A stretch of 64,000 nt of DNA from an uncultured delta proteobacterium (GTDB taxonomy: Bacteria; Desulfobacterota; Binatia; Binatales; Binataceae), in contig CAVXXK010000001.1 of assembly GCA_963765675.1 (NCBI GenBank), positions 704,001-768,000 on the forward strand, read 5' to 3'. Under the pieces are notes generated by a model. The model made no database searches, was not told where the DNA came from, and worked only from the letters and a program-made list of their open reading frames with translations. Of this stretch, positions 1 to 9,206 are shown piece by piece. Both the position numbers and the translations under genes were made by a program. How positions within the stretch are numbered: position 1 is the first letter of the stretch; every line of letters starts with the position of its first letter.

Positions 1-196
1 CATTTTGCAAGTCGGGCGAGACCAGCAATTGCGCGCGGCTATCTTGAACCATAATCTCCGCGGCGGAACGATAGTCCGGCGGCCAGAAGATCGTCGCGAT
101 AGCTACTAGGCCGAACACCAGTGCGCCGAGTGAGAACACTCGATTGCGCCGGCGACATACTAATTCGGTCCAATAGGTAAGGTTCCGCGTCTCCAC
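1..196 (-). CDS. Polysaccharide chain-length determinant (Wzz/Wzc/GumC-like), N-terminal part, runs off the window
   Basis: Not in the ORF track. GAGG RBS then GTG at 196; METRNLTYWTELVCRRRNRVFSLGALVFGLVAIATIFWPPDYRSAAEIMV has a TM helix plus the P-x-Y-x-S-x-A-x-I-x-V motif; directly downstream of wza. Confidence 0.8.
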   Translation of the reverse strand, partial: METRNLTYWTELVCRRRNRVFSLGALVFGLVAIATIFWPPDYRSAAEIMVQDSRAQLLVSPDLQN

Positions 197-215
197 GATT
201 CGTTCCTCGGAGCCG

Positions 216-974
216 CTAGAGTCCCGGCAACACTGAGGTTGCGGCAAAGTAGGGCTCTACCGGCAGAACGTTACGGATGTATTGCGACACCCAGAGATCG
301 ACGTTGGCAATCTTGCTGCGGGGCACCACCACAATGTCGCGTGATTGCAGCACGGCATCTTGCTCGCCCTCGGGATTCTTGACCGCCGCGGTGATATCAA
401 TTGATGAGCCTGCTGGAATACCACACGCGTCGCGGCGGATTAGGATTGCTTGAGGCGCGGCATTGTCTGTCAACCCTCCTGCCGCAGCAATTGCCTGCAG
501 CGCCGTCATGCCGGAATCGAGCGGAAAGCCGCCGGGCTTTTGAACCTGACCCTCCACGAATATCTGCCGGCTCGGCATGTTTTTGACCATTACCGACATG
601 TCGGGATTGCGAAGCTCCGTCGAATAGGCCTTATCAAGATCGGTGGCGAATTGCTGAGGCGAACGTTGACTCGCCTGGATTGCTCCGATGAGCCGGAGCG
701 ATACTCGGCCGTCCGGGCGCACTATTACATCCTGACTGAATTCCGGATTCAGATACGAATCGATACTTAAGTCATCGCCCGGCTCGATAAGGTAGCTATT
801 GTCTGCGGCGGACGCGCGCATAATTTCGGCGTTCTCTTCGCATTGCTCCGACGACAACGTCGTCGCGTGACCCCCAGATACCTCTTCATTTTTGGAGCCG
901 GCGGAACATCCAGAGGTAATCAGAACTATACTGATTACGAATCCGCAAAGGACTGCTACGCGGCGGTTACCCAT
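216..974 (-). CDS. wza: Polysaccharide export outer-membrane lipoprotein (Wza/GumB family)
   Basis: Lipobox ITSGC after ATG 974; YLIEPGDDL, VRPDGRVSL, VEGQVQKPG (SLBB) and DIVVVPRS motifs. Confidence 0.9.
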   Translation of the reverse strand: MGNRRVAVLCGFVISIVLITSGCSAGSKNEEVSGGHATTLSSEQCEENAEIMRASAADNSYLIEPGDDLSIDSYLNPEFSQDVIVRPDGRVSLRLIGAIQASQRSPQQFATDLDKAYSTELRNPDMSVMVKNMPSRQIFVEGQVQKPGGFPLDSGMTALQAIAAAGGLTDNAAPQAILIRRDACGIPAGSSIDITAAVKNPEGEQDAVLQSRDIVVVPRSKIANVDLWVSQYIRNVLPVEPYFAATSVLPGL

Positions 975-1151
975 CAACGGTTCGCGCGCGGGGACCGGTC
1001 CTGAGCGCGCAGCACCATTTATCTCCACACAAGACGGGTCATCACTCCGAGTTCGGTGGCGGAGAGATTTGTGACGCCTCTGGCTTTGATTCTTCATCGA
1101 ACGACGACGCAGGCCGATATAGGTCGGCCTTACCGACTGACGGCCTTGAAG

Positions 1152-1167
1152 CGCAACGAGTGTGCCA
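1152..1167 (-). promoter_or_regulatory. sigma54 (-24/-12) promoter for wza
   Basis: Minus strand TGGCACACTCGTTGCG, exact TGGCAC-N5-TTGC consensus. Confidence 0.8.
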
Positions 1168-1429
1168 GCTGCCTATTATCGGAATCGCTTGAATTTCCCG
1201 CTCGCGCACTGGATTGAATCGGCGGCGATTGCAACTTCGTCGTCCGAAACTTACAAGACCGGGTCGATGCTCAGGTCTCGTCCTCAATCGAGGGCCAAAG
1301 GACAAAATTGCTCGGAATCTCGAGCGCGATGTAATCGTTGCATGTCGAATCTTCAAATCACCTTTCGTCGGCGCCGCTTCCCGCACTAAAACAACCGAAA
1401 ATTCGGCTTCGAGCCCCCAATCCTGCTGA

Positions 1430-1445
1430 TGGCATTAGCGTTGCT
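1430..1445 (+). promoter_or_regulatory. sigma54 promoter for the O-antigen ligase-like operon
   Basis: TGGCATTAGCGTTGCT, GG-N10-GC spacing. Confidence 0.7.
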
Positions 1446-1487
1446 CAGCACTGTGCGAGATCGCAGAGGCGCGGGTCTGTTTGACAG

Positions 1488-3077
1488 TTGAGCTCGTCAC
1501 CCGCACCTCGTGACAACCACAACAGCAACAGAGAGTTCCGTGTGTCTGACAGTATTAACCGCTTGAAGAATACTGATGGCCGATCTGCGTCGAGCGGCGT
1601 AGAAAACGCGCTGCCTTCGGCTCGGGTTGTCATTCTTCTTGCGGTCGCCTCAGTCCTGCTCGCCATGAGCGTCCTGCTCCAACGGCTTTATGTGCCCCCG
1701 GCAGCGCTCGCGGGGCTGGCCATGCTGATCGGTCTTTACAAAGCGGCGGCGTATACGCGGCAGCATCCTGAATGGATCGTTCTCCCGATCTTTCTCACGT
1801 TCGCGCTCATCTCAGCCTCGTCTTTCAGCGAAGAGGCTCGCGCGACGATCCATTACGGTTTGCTGGTGTTGTTCTGCCTGCCAGTGGCGTCGGTGGCTTT
1901 GCGTAGCGGACTTATTGGGCAAGGAGGGTTTCGATTCTACAGCATATATCTCGCGTGGGCGGCGTTTACGATAGTATACTCGATCGCACCTGCATACTCC
2001 GCAGCTCGTCTGATCGAGGCGACGCTCGTGATCGTGGCACTGGTCGCCGCCGTTTCGCGAATACACAATGCTGAGGATGCCGAGCGGCTGCTCTCTCATT
2101 TCTTTTTGGGATGCGAATTAGTTACGTTGGCGATCGCGGTATCATTCGTCGCGCTTCCGCACTCCATTGCGTGGGTAAGCCCTATAGATAGTCTGACGCC
2201 CGATATACTCGCGGAAATGCACCGGATGGGACAGCAGGTCGGAGGACTCGATCGCTTTCGAGCTATCTTCAACGGACCCAATGACGTCGGCGCATTCATG
2301 CTAATAACGGTTGGAGTTGGGCTGGTAAGATGGCCCCGAATTCACGGACGCGACCGGATCATCACCACCTGCACGATCCTGGCCGCACTCACTTTCGGCG
2401 CCATCGCCGACTCGCGCTCGCCATTTGCGGCGCTGCTGGTCGGCGTCGCGCTTTACTTGATATGGAAGAAAGGATTTCGCGGCGTTCTCTATCTCGTGGG
2501 AGCCTTTGCGATTTGCGTGCTCGTTTGGGTCGGAGCCGGACACGACTTCGGCCGCTATGTAGATCGCGGCGACGTCACGACACTCACCGGACGGACCGAG
2601 ATGTGGGGATTCGTCGTCCATTCAATCGAGGAGCGGCCGCTATTCGGTTATGGCTATGAAGTCGGTGGAGCAATCTTTGATAGTCCCTATTTTCCTCTTT
2701 GGTGGGGACCATGGGATCAGGGGCCGCACGTCTCGGTTCATAATGGATATTTGGCGCATGCAGTGGGCGTTGGCATTCCGGTAACTATATTCTGGCTGTA
2801 TATCATGCTTCGGCCCTGGATCTTCATTCTCAAGCAGCGTGATGACGTATGGCTTCTCAAACCAGTACTATTCTTGATCTTGATACCTATTCTGGTCCAT
2901 AACATGACCGAAGTTATGGCGGATGATGCGACAGGGACAGTAGGATTTCTGTTCGGACTCGTGTGGGTAATAGCCGAGCGTTACCGATTGCTCGCGATTG
3001 CGGTTGCGCGTGAGTCGCGGGCAGAAGAAGTAGCCGCGATGCCTCGCGCCGTCGCTGCACTGGCGGTGTCGCGTTGA
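1488..3077 (+). CDS. O-antigen ligase/Wzy polymerase family membrane protein (true start probably slightly downstream)
   Basis: Many TM helices; FNGPN, DSRS, TLTGRTEMW, RPLFGYG and VHNGYL motifs. Confidence 0.85.
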   Translation: MSSSPAPRDNHNSNREFRVSDSINRLKNTDGRSASSGVENALPSARVVILLAVASVLLAMSVLLQRLYVPPAALAGLAMLIGLYKAAAYTRQHPEWIVLPIFLTFALISASSFSEEARATIHYGLLVLFCLPVASVALRSGLIGQGGFRFYSIYLAWAAFTIVYSIAPAYSAARLIEATLVIVALVAAVSRIHNAEDAERLLSHFFLGCELVTLAIAVSFVALPHSIAWVSPIDSLTPDILAEMHRMGQQVGGLDRFRAIFNGPNDVGAFMLITVGVGLVRWPRIHGRDRIITTCTILAALTFGAIADSRSPFAALLVGVALYLIWKKGFRGVLYLVGAFAICVLVWVGAGHDFGRYVDRGDVTTLTGRTEMWGFVVHSIEERPLFGYGYEVGGAIFDSPYFPLWWGPWDQGPHVSVHNGYLAHAVGVGIPVTIFWLYIMLRPWIFILKQRDDVWLLKPVLFLILIPILVHNMTEVMADDATGTVGFLFGLVWVIAERYRLLAIAVARESRAEEVAAMPRAVAALAVSR

Positions 3078-3949
3078 AATCAGTCGTCGAACCAAGTGAT
3101 CGCGTCTCGATCGCAAAGAACCGCTCGGTTTTGTTTGGTTGGATTCTGATCGCAACTACCTGCCTGCTCGGCGTTTCGCCGGCGCCGGCGCGAACCCAAG
3201 AGGGCGTCATTTCAAACAAGCACTTTCCGACGCTGCCCCCGCATAGTGCGCTGCCCACCGGCCAGGAGTGCGCGCAGTGGATTCTTTCTGCGCCGCCTTC
3301 CGCACAGAGCGTCGAAGCGAGACCAGCCAACGCGCTCGCCAATCAGACCGAACCCACTCGTGCCGCACTCGCCGAGTTTTATGCGCGCCCGGTCAAGGGA
3401 ACCTTTGTTCCCGCCGCCGATTTTTCACGCGTAGACGGTCAGTTCTCGGGGACGACCGATCAGATACTTCGCTGGGGCGCGTGCAAGTGGGGCGTCGATG
3501 AAGATGTTGTCCGCGCCGAGGCAGTCGCAGAGTCCCATTGGCACCAGGATGGTACTGGCGACCGTACCACTGATCTGTCGCTGTGCCCTCCTGGCATCGG
3601 ATTCGCGGGCGCGTGGAATGGACAAACATGTATGCAGAGTTATGGAATATTACAGATGAAGTATAAGAGTTTCGGCGGATGGCCACTGAGCAAAGATAGC
3701 ACCGCATTCAATGTGGATTTCCGGCTTGCCTATCAACGCGCATGTATGAATGGAGACATCAACTATCTCCCTACCCGAATCCCCCCGGCAGATTATCCGA
3801 TCTATCCGCATGGCAGCATCGACCAGATGTTGTGGGGATGTATGGGCGATTGGTTCTCCGGTAGTTGGTTCGATTCCGGCGCGCTTCGCTACATCGCGGA
3901 AGTAAAGAAAGATCAGGCAGCCAGAGTCTGGGAAAAGCCCGGATTCTGA
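3074..3949 (+). CDS. Secreted lysozyme-like/lytic transglycosylase-like protein
   Basis: Signal peptide; ACKWGVDEDVVRAEAVAESHW and SYGILQ match SLT motifs I and II. Confidence 0.6.
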   Translation: MKSVVEPSDRVSIAKNRSVLFGWILIATTCLLGVSPAPARTQEGVISNKHFPTLPPHSALPTGQECAQWILSAPPSAQSVEARPANALANQTEPTRAALAEFYARPVKGTFVPAADFSRVDGQFSGTTDQILRWGACKWGVDEDVVRAEAVAESHWHQDGTGDRTTDLSLCPPGIGFAGAWNGQTCMQSYGILQMKYKSFGGWPLSKDSTAFNVDFRLAYQRACMNGDINYLPTRIPPADYPIYPHGSIDQMLWGCMGDWFSGSWFDSGALRYIAEVKKDQAARVWEKPGF

Positions 3950-3952
3950 GAT

Positions 3953-3982
3953 TTCTACTAGATTCACTTCCACTAGATTCAC
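3953..3982. repeat. 15-bp tandem direct repeat
   Basis: TTCTACTAGATTCAC / TTCCACTAGATTCAC, intergenic. Confidence 0.7.
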
Positions 3983-4018
3983 ATAGAAGTTCGCGTAGAC
4001 CAAATCGGGATACCTGCG

Positions 4019-4828
4019 ATGGTAACAATAGACCGCAGGCTGGGAGGTGTATTCCCCTATCGAGCGATCTTCTTCCCGTCGGAACGATGCCTCCGAGACA
4101 TTACCGCCGGTTTAGGCCGCCTTCAGTTAACCCGAGTTTTCTGGTCCGAACAATATATCGCGGATAGTTTGTACATCATTCGTCATCAGCCCAGCGAAGC
4201 CGCTTGCCTCGATCTCCGGCTGCCGACGAAAGCACTATGGAATGGCATCTCCAAGGGCGGCCGCTACGACATCCGGCAAGCCGAAAAACTGAACCATAGG
4301 ATTGCACTCGTGCGCAACGGCGCTCGGGTCGTCGAGGATTTTTTGGCGATGTACAATGATTTCGCGAAAGCAAAAGCCGATATTCCACCGATCACACGCC
4401 GGATACTTGCGCGCTACGAGAAACACGCCGATTTTTTTATGACCTACCTCGACGGCGAGGCAATATGCGGACACGTGCTGCTCCGCGATATGGATTCGGT
4501 TCGAGTACGCCTGTTGTACTCGGCGAACAGACGCCTGGCCGACCGTCAGACGGCGAAGACTTGCGGGTTACTAAATCGCTATCTGCACTGGCACGAAATC
4601 GGCCTCTATCGGGAGGAGGGCGTTGAAGTTTATGATCTGGGTGGAATTCGCGCGAAAACCCCGGATGGCATCACACGCTTCAAGATGTCGTTCGGTGCTT
4701 CAGTTGTTCCGGAACATACCTATCTGTGCGCCGGCACGCCTTGGCTCGGGCGCACTGCGCAATTAATGTCGGACATACTATTCACGCCTCAAAGATTTTC
4801 GGGCAACAACCTCGACCAAGATCCGTAA
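4019..4828 (+). CDS. FemAB/GNAT-like acyltransferase
   Basis: RYDIRQAEK and YDLGG...GITRFKMSFG motifs typical of FemAB-like GNATs. Confidence 0.7.
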   Translation: MVTIDRRLGGVFPYRAIFFPSERCLRDITAGLGRLQLTRVFWSEQYIADSLYIIRHQPSEAACLDLRLPTKALWNGISKGGRYDIRQAEKLNHRIALVRNGARVVEDFLAMYNDFAKAKADIPPITRRILARYEKHADFFMTYLDGEAICGHVLLRDMDSVRVRLLYSANRRLADRQTAKTCGLLNRYLHWHEIGLYREEGVEVYDLGGIRAKTPDGITRFKMSFGASVVPEHTYLCAGTPWLGRTAQLMSDILFTPQRFSGNNLDQDP

Positions 4829-4984
4829 GTCTCGTTTACTGGAGCGGTGATCCGATGGTATTCGAGCCAAGATTAAAGCAGCAGAGTAGGAGAGAATCTC
4901 ATCACCATGCTGGCGAATGAAAGCGATCGCGCTTGCGCGCGAGAATCTAACTGCTTTGCGGAATCGGTTGAGTTGTAGTTGCCG

Positions 4985-5489
4985 TTACTTCTTGGCGATC
5001 TGGCCTAGATCTATCGGCAGGCCGGAGACTGGTATTGGGTTGCCATCCTCGGTCACGTTGAGAGCGATGAGTTTATGGATCGATGATTCTGAAGGCGGTG
5101 GCGCGCTGTCTGATGATCCGTCGCTGCATCCCACTAGGCCGACCGCCAGGATGAGCATTGCAGCCGCCAGGATGGAGGTTCGTCGCCGCGTCCTGATGCT
5201 CAGCGGGAACATCGCGAAGCCCAGCAGGCTCAGCATCAGGTTGCCGGTCGCACCGAGTGCTCCGTTGCCGACGCCGATCATGCCGGCGAGCTTGATTTCA
5301 GGGAAAAACGAGGCTGTCCGTCTGCTTGCCCCCGATAACGCCGTTCAAAGTGAGGACGAGAGATTCGCTTCCGCCGACGGGAATCGTCAGTGGCGGCGCG
5401 AACGTGAAGACTGTGCTCGTGGTGATTTCGGGCGCCTCGATCGTCGAGCTTCCGATTGTCTTTATGAATTCACACACGGACTTAGGCAA
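4985..5489 (-). pseudogene. Truncated, frameshifted C-terminal fragment of a surface protein with TM-RRR-TM-lipobox tail
   Basis: ORFs 5298..5489 and 4985..5281 join after a 1-nt shift in TTTTTCCC (...DSLVFPEIKLAGMIG...); no credible N-terminus. Confidence 0.5.
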
Positions 5490-5656
5490 AGGGGACCGGA
5501 ACGGATATTTGACGTTAGCGGGCGAACGGCGCAGATTCAGGTAACCTCACGCGATGTTTTCGGCGCAAGATCTATGATCGAGAAGCGTAGCCCAATTTCC
5601 GAAACCGAGCGGCAAAAGCTGTCTGCTGACAATCCTGCCGCGCAACCGAACCGGTT

Positions 5657-6220
5657 ATGATCGTCGAACACTGGATCGACCTCAGGTGCCATCCATGTAC
5701 GCGCCCTGAAACGGTACGCGCCATTCAGGTGCTCGTGCGCCGCTCGGCAAGCGCCGAACTCGGGATGACCTTCCGCCTCGACGGCGATATTTCCCGAATC
5801 TTGTTGTCTTCACCGAGCGCGCCGCGCATCGCTACACAGCTCTGGCGCCATACCTGTTTCGAAGCGTTTATCGCAGTGGAAGGGCGACCAGCATACCACG
5901 AGTTCAACTTCGCCCCGTCGGGCGAGTGGGCAGCCTACGCTTTCTGTGACTATCGTAACGGCGGTCTTCTGTCGGACGATACGATGCGTCCGCACATTGC
6001 AGTGCACTACACTGATAGTCGGTTCGAGATGGACGCCATCGTCCAGCTCGATCTACTATCCGCTATCCACAGGAGTGCTTCCCTTCGACTCGGGCTCTCG
6101 GCGGTCATCGAGGCGAGCGATGGGCTCTCGTACTGGGCGCTTCGCCATCCGGTCGACAAACCGGATTTTCATGACGCCAATGGATTCGCCATGTTGCTTG
6201 AGCCACTGGGGACCAAGTAG
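5657..6220 (+). CDS. DOMON-like domain protein
   Basis: LWRHTCFEAF, YHEFNFAPSGEWAAY and SYWALRHP..KPDFH family motifs. Confidence 0.8.
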   Translation: MIVEHWIDLRCHPCTRPETVRAIQVLVRRSASAELGMTFRLDGDISRILLSSPSAPRIATQLWRHTCFEAFIAVEGRPAYHEFNFAPSGEWAAYAFCDYRNGGLLSDDTMRPHIAVHYTDSRFEMDAIVQLDLLSAIHRSASLRLGLSAVIEASDGLSYWALRHPVDKPDFHDANGFAMLLEPLGTK

Positions 6221-6239
6221 TAGGTCTCGACCGCTTCCG

Positions 6240-6968
6240 ATGAAGCACTTGCAACCACGAGGTCTCAGCCAGCGGCGTGTGGAGCAGCTTCTTTCGAAGA
6301 CGAGGTACGAGCGTTCCGCCGGTAGCCGAATTAACGTTCTCTCCCGGCACTTCCTTGGACATTCCTACCAACCAAATCCCCTGATTGGATCTCCCGATAC
6401 AGCCGAAGTATTCACGGCGTCGCTCGATGGATTCGATTGCGTCACGTACATCGAAACAATCCTGGCTCTCGCGCGCGCTTCCACCGGTGAAGACTTTATC
6501 GAGTGGCTGCGAAAGATTCGTTATGAACGAGGCCGCATTCAATGGGAACGGCGAAATCACTACATGACGCTCTGGATTCGCAACAATGTGCGCCAGGGAA
6601 TAATCAAGCGAGTTTCAACGCCGGCCGTCCCGATACTCAATAGAGAACGCGTTCTGAATGTCGTCCCCGGGCTCGCTGCACAGCGGACTCGTGTGAAATG
6701 TGTGCCAAAGCGGGCAGTGCTTCGGCGGTCAGCATATTTGCAGAGCGGTGATTTGATTTTTTTCGTGTCCACACGCAAAAATCTTGATGTCTTTCATGCC
6801 GGAATCATCGTACGCGACGGCAAAAGAGTCCTCCTGCGTCACGCATCGCGCAGCCAAGGCACTGTCGTGGAACAGGACTTGACTGAGTTTCTCAAGGCAA
6901 ATCGGATGGCCGGCGTGATTGTGGTACGGCCATCAGAGACGGCGCGACGAATCGCAGGCAGCAACTAA
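6240..6968 (+). CDS. DUF1460 N-acetylmuramoyl-L-alanine amidase (AmiA-like, NlpC/P60 fold)
   Basis: FDCVTYIE (catalytic Cys), RNHY, LDVFHAGI, HAS; ATG at 6240, no signal peptide. Confidence 0.85.
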   Translation: MKHLQPRGLSQRRVEQLLSKTRYERSAGSRINVLSRHFLGHSYQPNPLIGSPDTAEVFTASLDGFDCVTYIETILALARASTGEDFIEWLRKIRYERGRIQWERRNHYMTLWIRNNVRQGIIKRVSTPAVPILNRERVLNVVPGLAAQRTRVKCVPKRAVLRRSAYLQSGDLIFFVSTRKNLDVFHAGIIVRDGKRVLLRHASRSQGTVVEQDLTEFLKANRMAGVIVVRPSETARRIAGSN

Positions 6969-7040
6969 GATGGCCCGTTTATCGATGAGGCCAATCCTCC
7001 CCTCGGATACAGGAGATGGCGCGAAGCGGGAGAGTGAACC

Positions 7041-8316
7041 GTGAATATCATTTATCCAAATGATTCTTCGTCCGCGAGTATTCGGGAACTCTTGGACGCC
7101 GCTGATTCCGGCGTCCTCTTTCTCGGTGATCCACGTGTCAATATCGATCCCGGACCGCGCATGTTCGATCGAATGGCGCAGGTCATTATCGAGACTGGCG
7201 CCGGCTGGGTTTATGCCGACGCAGTGGACCATCAGTCGTATCGACTATCAAAGGGGGAGCATCCGCGACGGTTTCGATTTCGGTCCGGTGGTTGGCGTGT
7301 CGGTTCGGGCTGCGCATCAGTCAGGAATGGAGAACGCCTGGAAATGGGGAGGACTATACGACCTACGGTTGCGGATTTCTGAAAAGCACGCCCTCGTGCG
7401 GATTCCCGAACCGTTGTACAGCACTTCGACGGTTGATGCGCGGCCGACAGGTCAAAAGCAATTCGATTATGTAGATCCACGCAATCGCGATTATCAAGTC
7501 GAAATGGAGCGCATCGCGACGGCGCATCTGAAGCAAATCGGCGCCTGGTTGCAGCCTCACTTCAAGAAAGTTGCAGCCACAGCAGAAATATTTCCAGTAA
7601 AAGCCAGCGTCGTCATACCCGTTCGAAATCGCGAGCGGACAATTCGAGACGCCGTTCAAAGCGTCCTCGCCCAAAGCGTTGATTTTGAATTTAATCTGAT
7701 CGTGGTCGATAACCATTCGACGGATCGAACGACGGAAATCTTGCGCGGTATCGGCGATTCGCGTGTTAAACACATCGTTCCCGAGCGCCGGGACTTGGGA
7801 ATCGGCGGATGCTGGAACGAGGCAATCTATTCCAGAGACTGCGGACAATACGCCATCCAACTTGATTCTGACGACCTGTACGTCAATGATGGCGTCCTTC
7901 GCCGAATCGTTGCGGAACTTGAAGCGGGACCTTATGCGATGCTCATAGGCTCGTATACCATGGTCGATTTTTCGCTGAAGGAGATTTCACCGGGTCTTAT
8001 AGACCATCGCGAGTGGAGCCGCGAGAACGGAAGAAATAATGCGCTCCGCGTCAACGGTCTTGGCGCGCCGCGCGCATTCGATACGTCGGTTTTGCGCCGT
8101 ATCGGATTTCCGAATGTCAGCTATGGCGAGGACTACGCCGTAGCGCTTCGCATCAGCCGTGATTACGAGATCGGCCGGATTTACGACTCGCTTTATCTTT
8201 GCCGTCGTTGGGAAGGCAATAGCGACAGCGCGCTACCTCTCGAGGTGGCGAATCGATACGATTTGTATAAGGACTGGCTCCGAACTATCGAGATTCAGGC
8301 TCGAATCCAGGGATGA
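7041..8316 (+). CDS. Family 2 glycosyltransferase with apparent frameshift near 7233
   Basis: N-terminal ORF (…GWVYADAVDH) continues as RIDYQRGSIRDGFDFG; SVVIPVRNR, VVDNHSTD, QLDSDD, YGEDY. Confidence 0.8.
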
Positions 8317-9206
8317 TCCTCGAACTGGAAGATCTATTTCAGCGGCAGGAGCGGGCGTGGCCGCAGCTCGCGAAAGGCATTGAAGGCCTGGCGCGGGCGA
8401 AGACACGGCCAATACGGATCGACTGGTTCGACATCTTCGTCCGTCACATTCCCCATCGCTTGGGCAGTACCACAGCCTCGATCGACCACGAGTCGATTGC
8501 GAACCGACCCTGTTTCTTATGTGCAGGAAATCTTCCTCCGGAGGAGGAAGGTGTGAAGTTTGACGAGGATTTCACGATCTACTGCAATCCGTTTCCAATC
8601 GTGGATCGCCACCTGACGATCGCTCACAGGAAACACGGTTCGCAGCGCATCGCGAATCAGTTTGGAAAAATGTTGGACCTTGCTGCAGCGTTGCCAGGAT
8701 ATTTCGTCATCTATAACGGGCCCGAATGCGGAGCGTCCGCGCCGGACCACATGCACTTTCAGGCTGGCTCGCGAAGATTGTTTCCGATCGAGAAAGACAC
8801 CGCGGGACTGACTGGCGTCGCCGTGCCGAACTACGGAAGAAATGTCCTTTTGTTTCGTGAAAGAGATCGGTCGGCTTTGATCCATCGAATGGATCGCGTC
8901 CTCGATCTGCTCGCGGAAATGACCGGCAAACGCTCGGAACCGATGGTCAACATAGCGGTCTTTCATGAGCAACGAGAGTGGGTCACGTACCTGTTCCCGC
9001 GAGGAAAACATCGGCCAGAGGTCTTTCACACGGGCGAACTGACGGTGAGTCCGGCATCGATTGATTTGTGTGGAATATTTGTTACGCCCCTGGCACAAGA
9101 TTTTGAAAGAATCGCGGCGGACGCGATTGGCGCAATTTTCCGAGAGGTCACGCTACCTGACGGTCAATTTCAGGAAGTCGTCAAGAAGCTGGAGACTGAG
9201 CGGTGA
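8313..9206 (+). CDS. DUF4922 protein (HxHxQ nucleotidyltransferase/phosphorylase-like)
   Basis: RPCFLC, NPFPI, YNGPECGASAPDHMHFQAG, VSPASIDLCG. Confidence 0.85.
   Translation: MILELEDLFQRQERAWPQLAKGIEGLARAKTRPIRIDWFDIFVRHIPHRLGSTTASIDHESIANRPCFLCAGNLPPEEEGVKFDEDFTIYCNPFPIVDRHLTIAHRKHGSQRIANQFGKMLDLAAALPGYFVIYNGPECGASAPDHMHFQAGSRRLFPIEKDTAGLTGVAVPNYGRNVLLFRERDRSALIHRMDRVLDLLAEMTGKRSEPMVNIAVFHEQREWVTYLFPRGKHRPEVFHTGELTVSPASIDLCGIFVTPLAQDFERIAADAIGAIFREVTLPDGQFQEVVKKLETER

Noticed and set aside
5298-5300. TGA as a second possible Sec codon
   Set aside because: The protein-like sequence continues in another frame; no redox motif or SECIS-like hairpin
4917-5660. 247-aa plus-strand ORF
   Set aside because: Arg/Ser-rich shadow of the more protein-like minus-strand fragment
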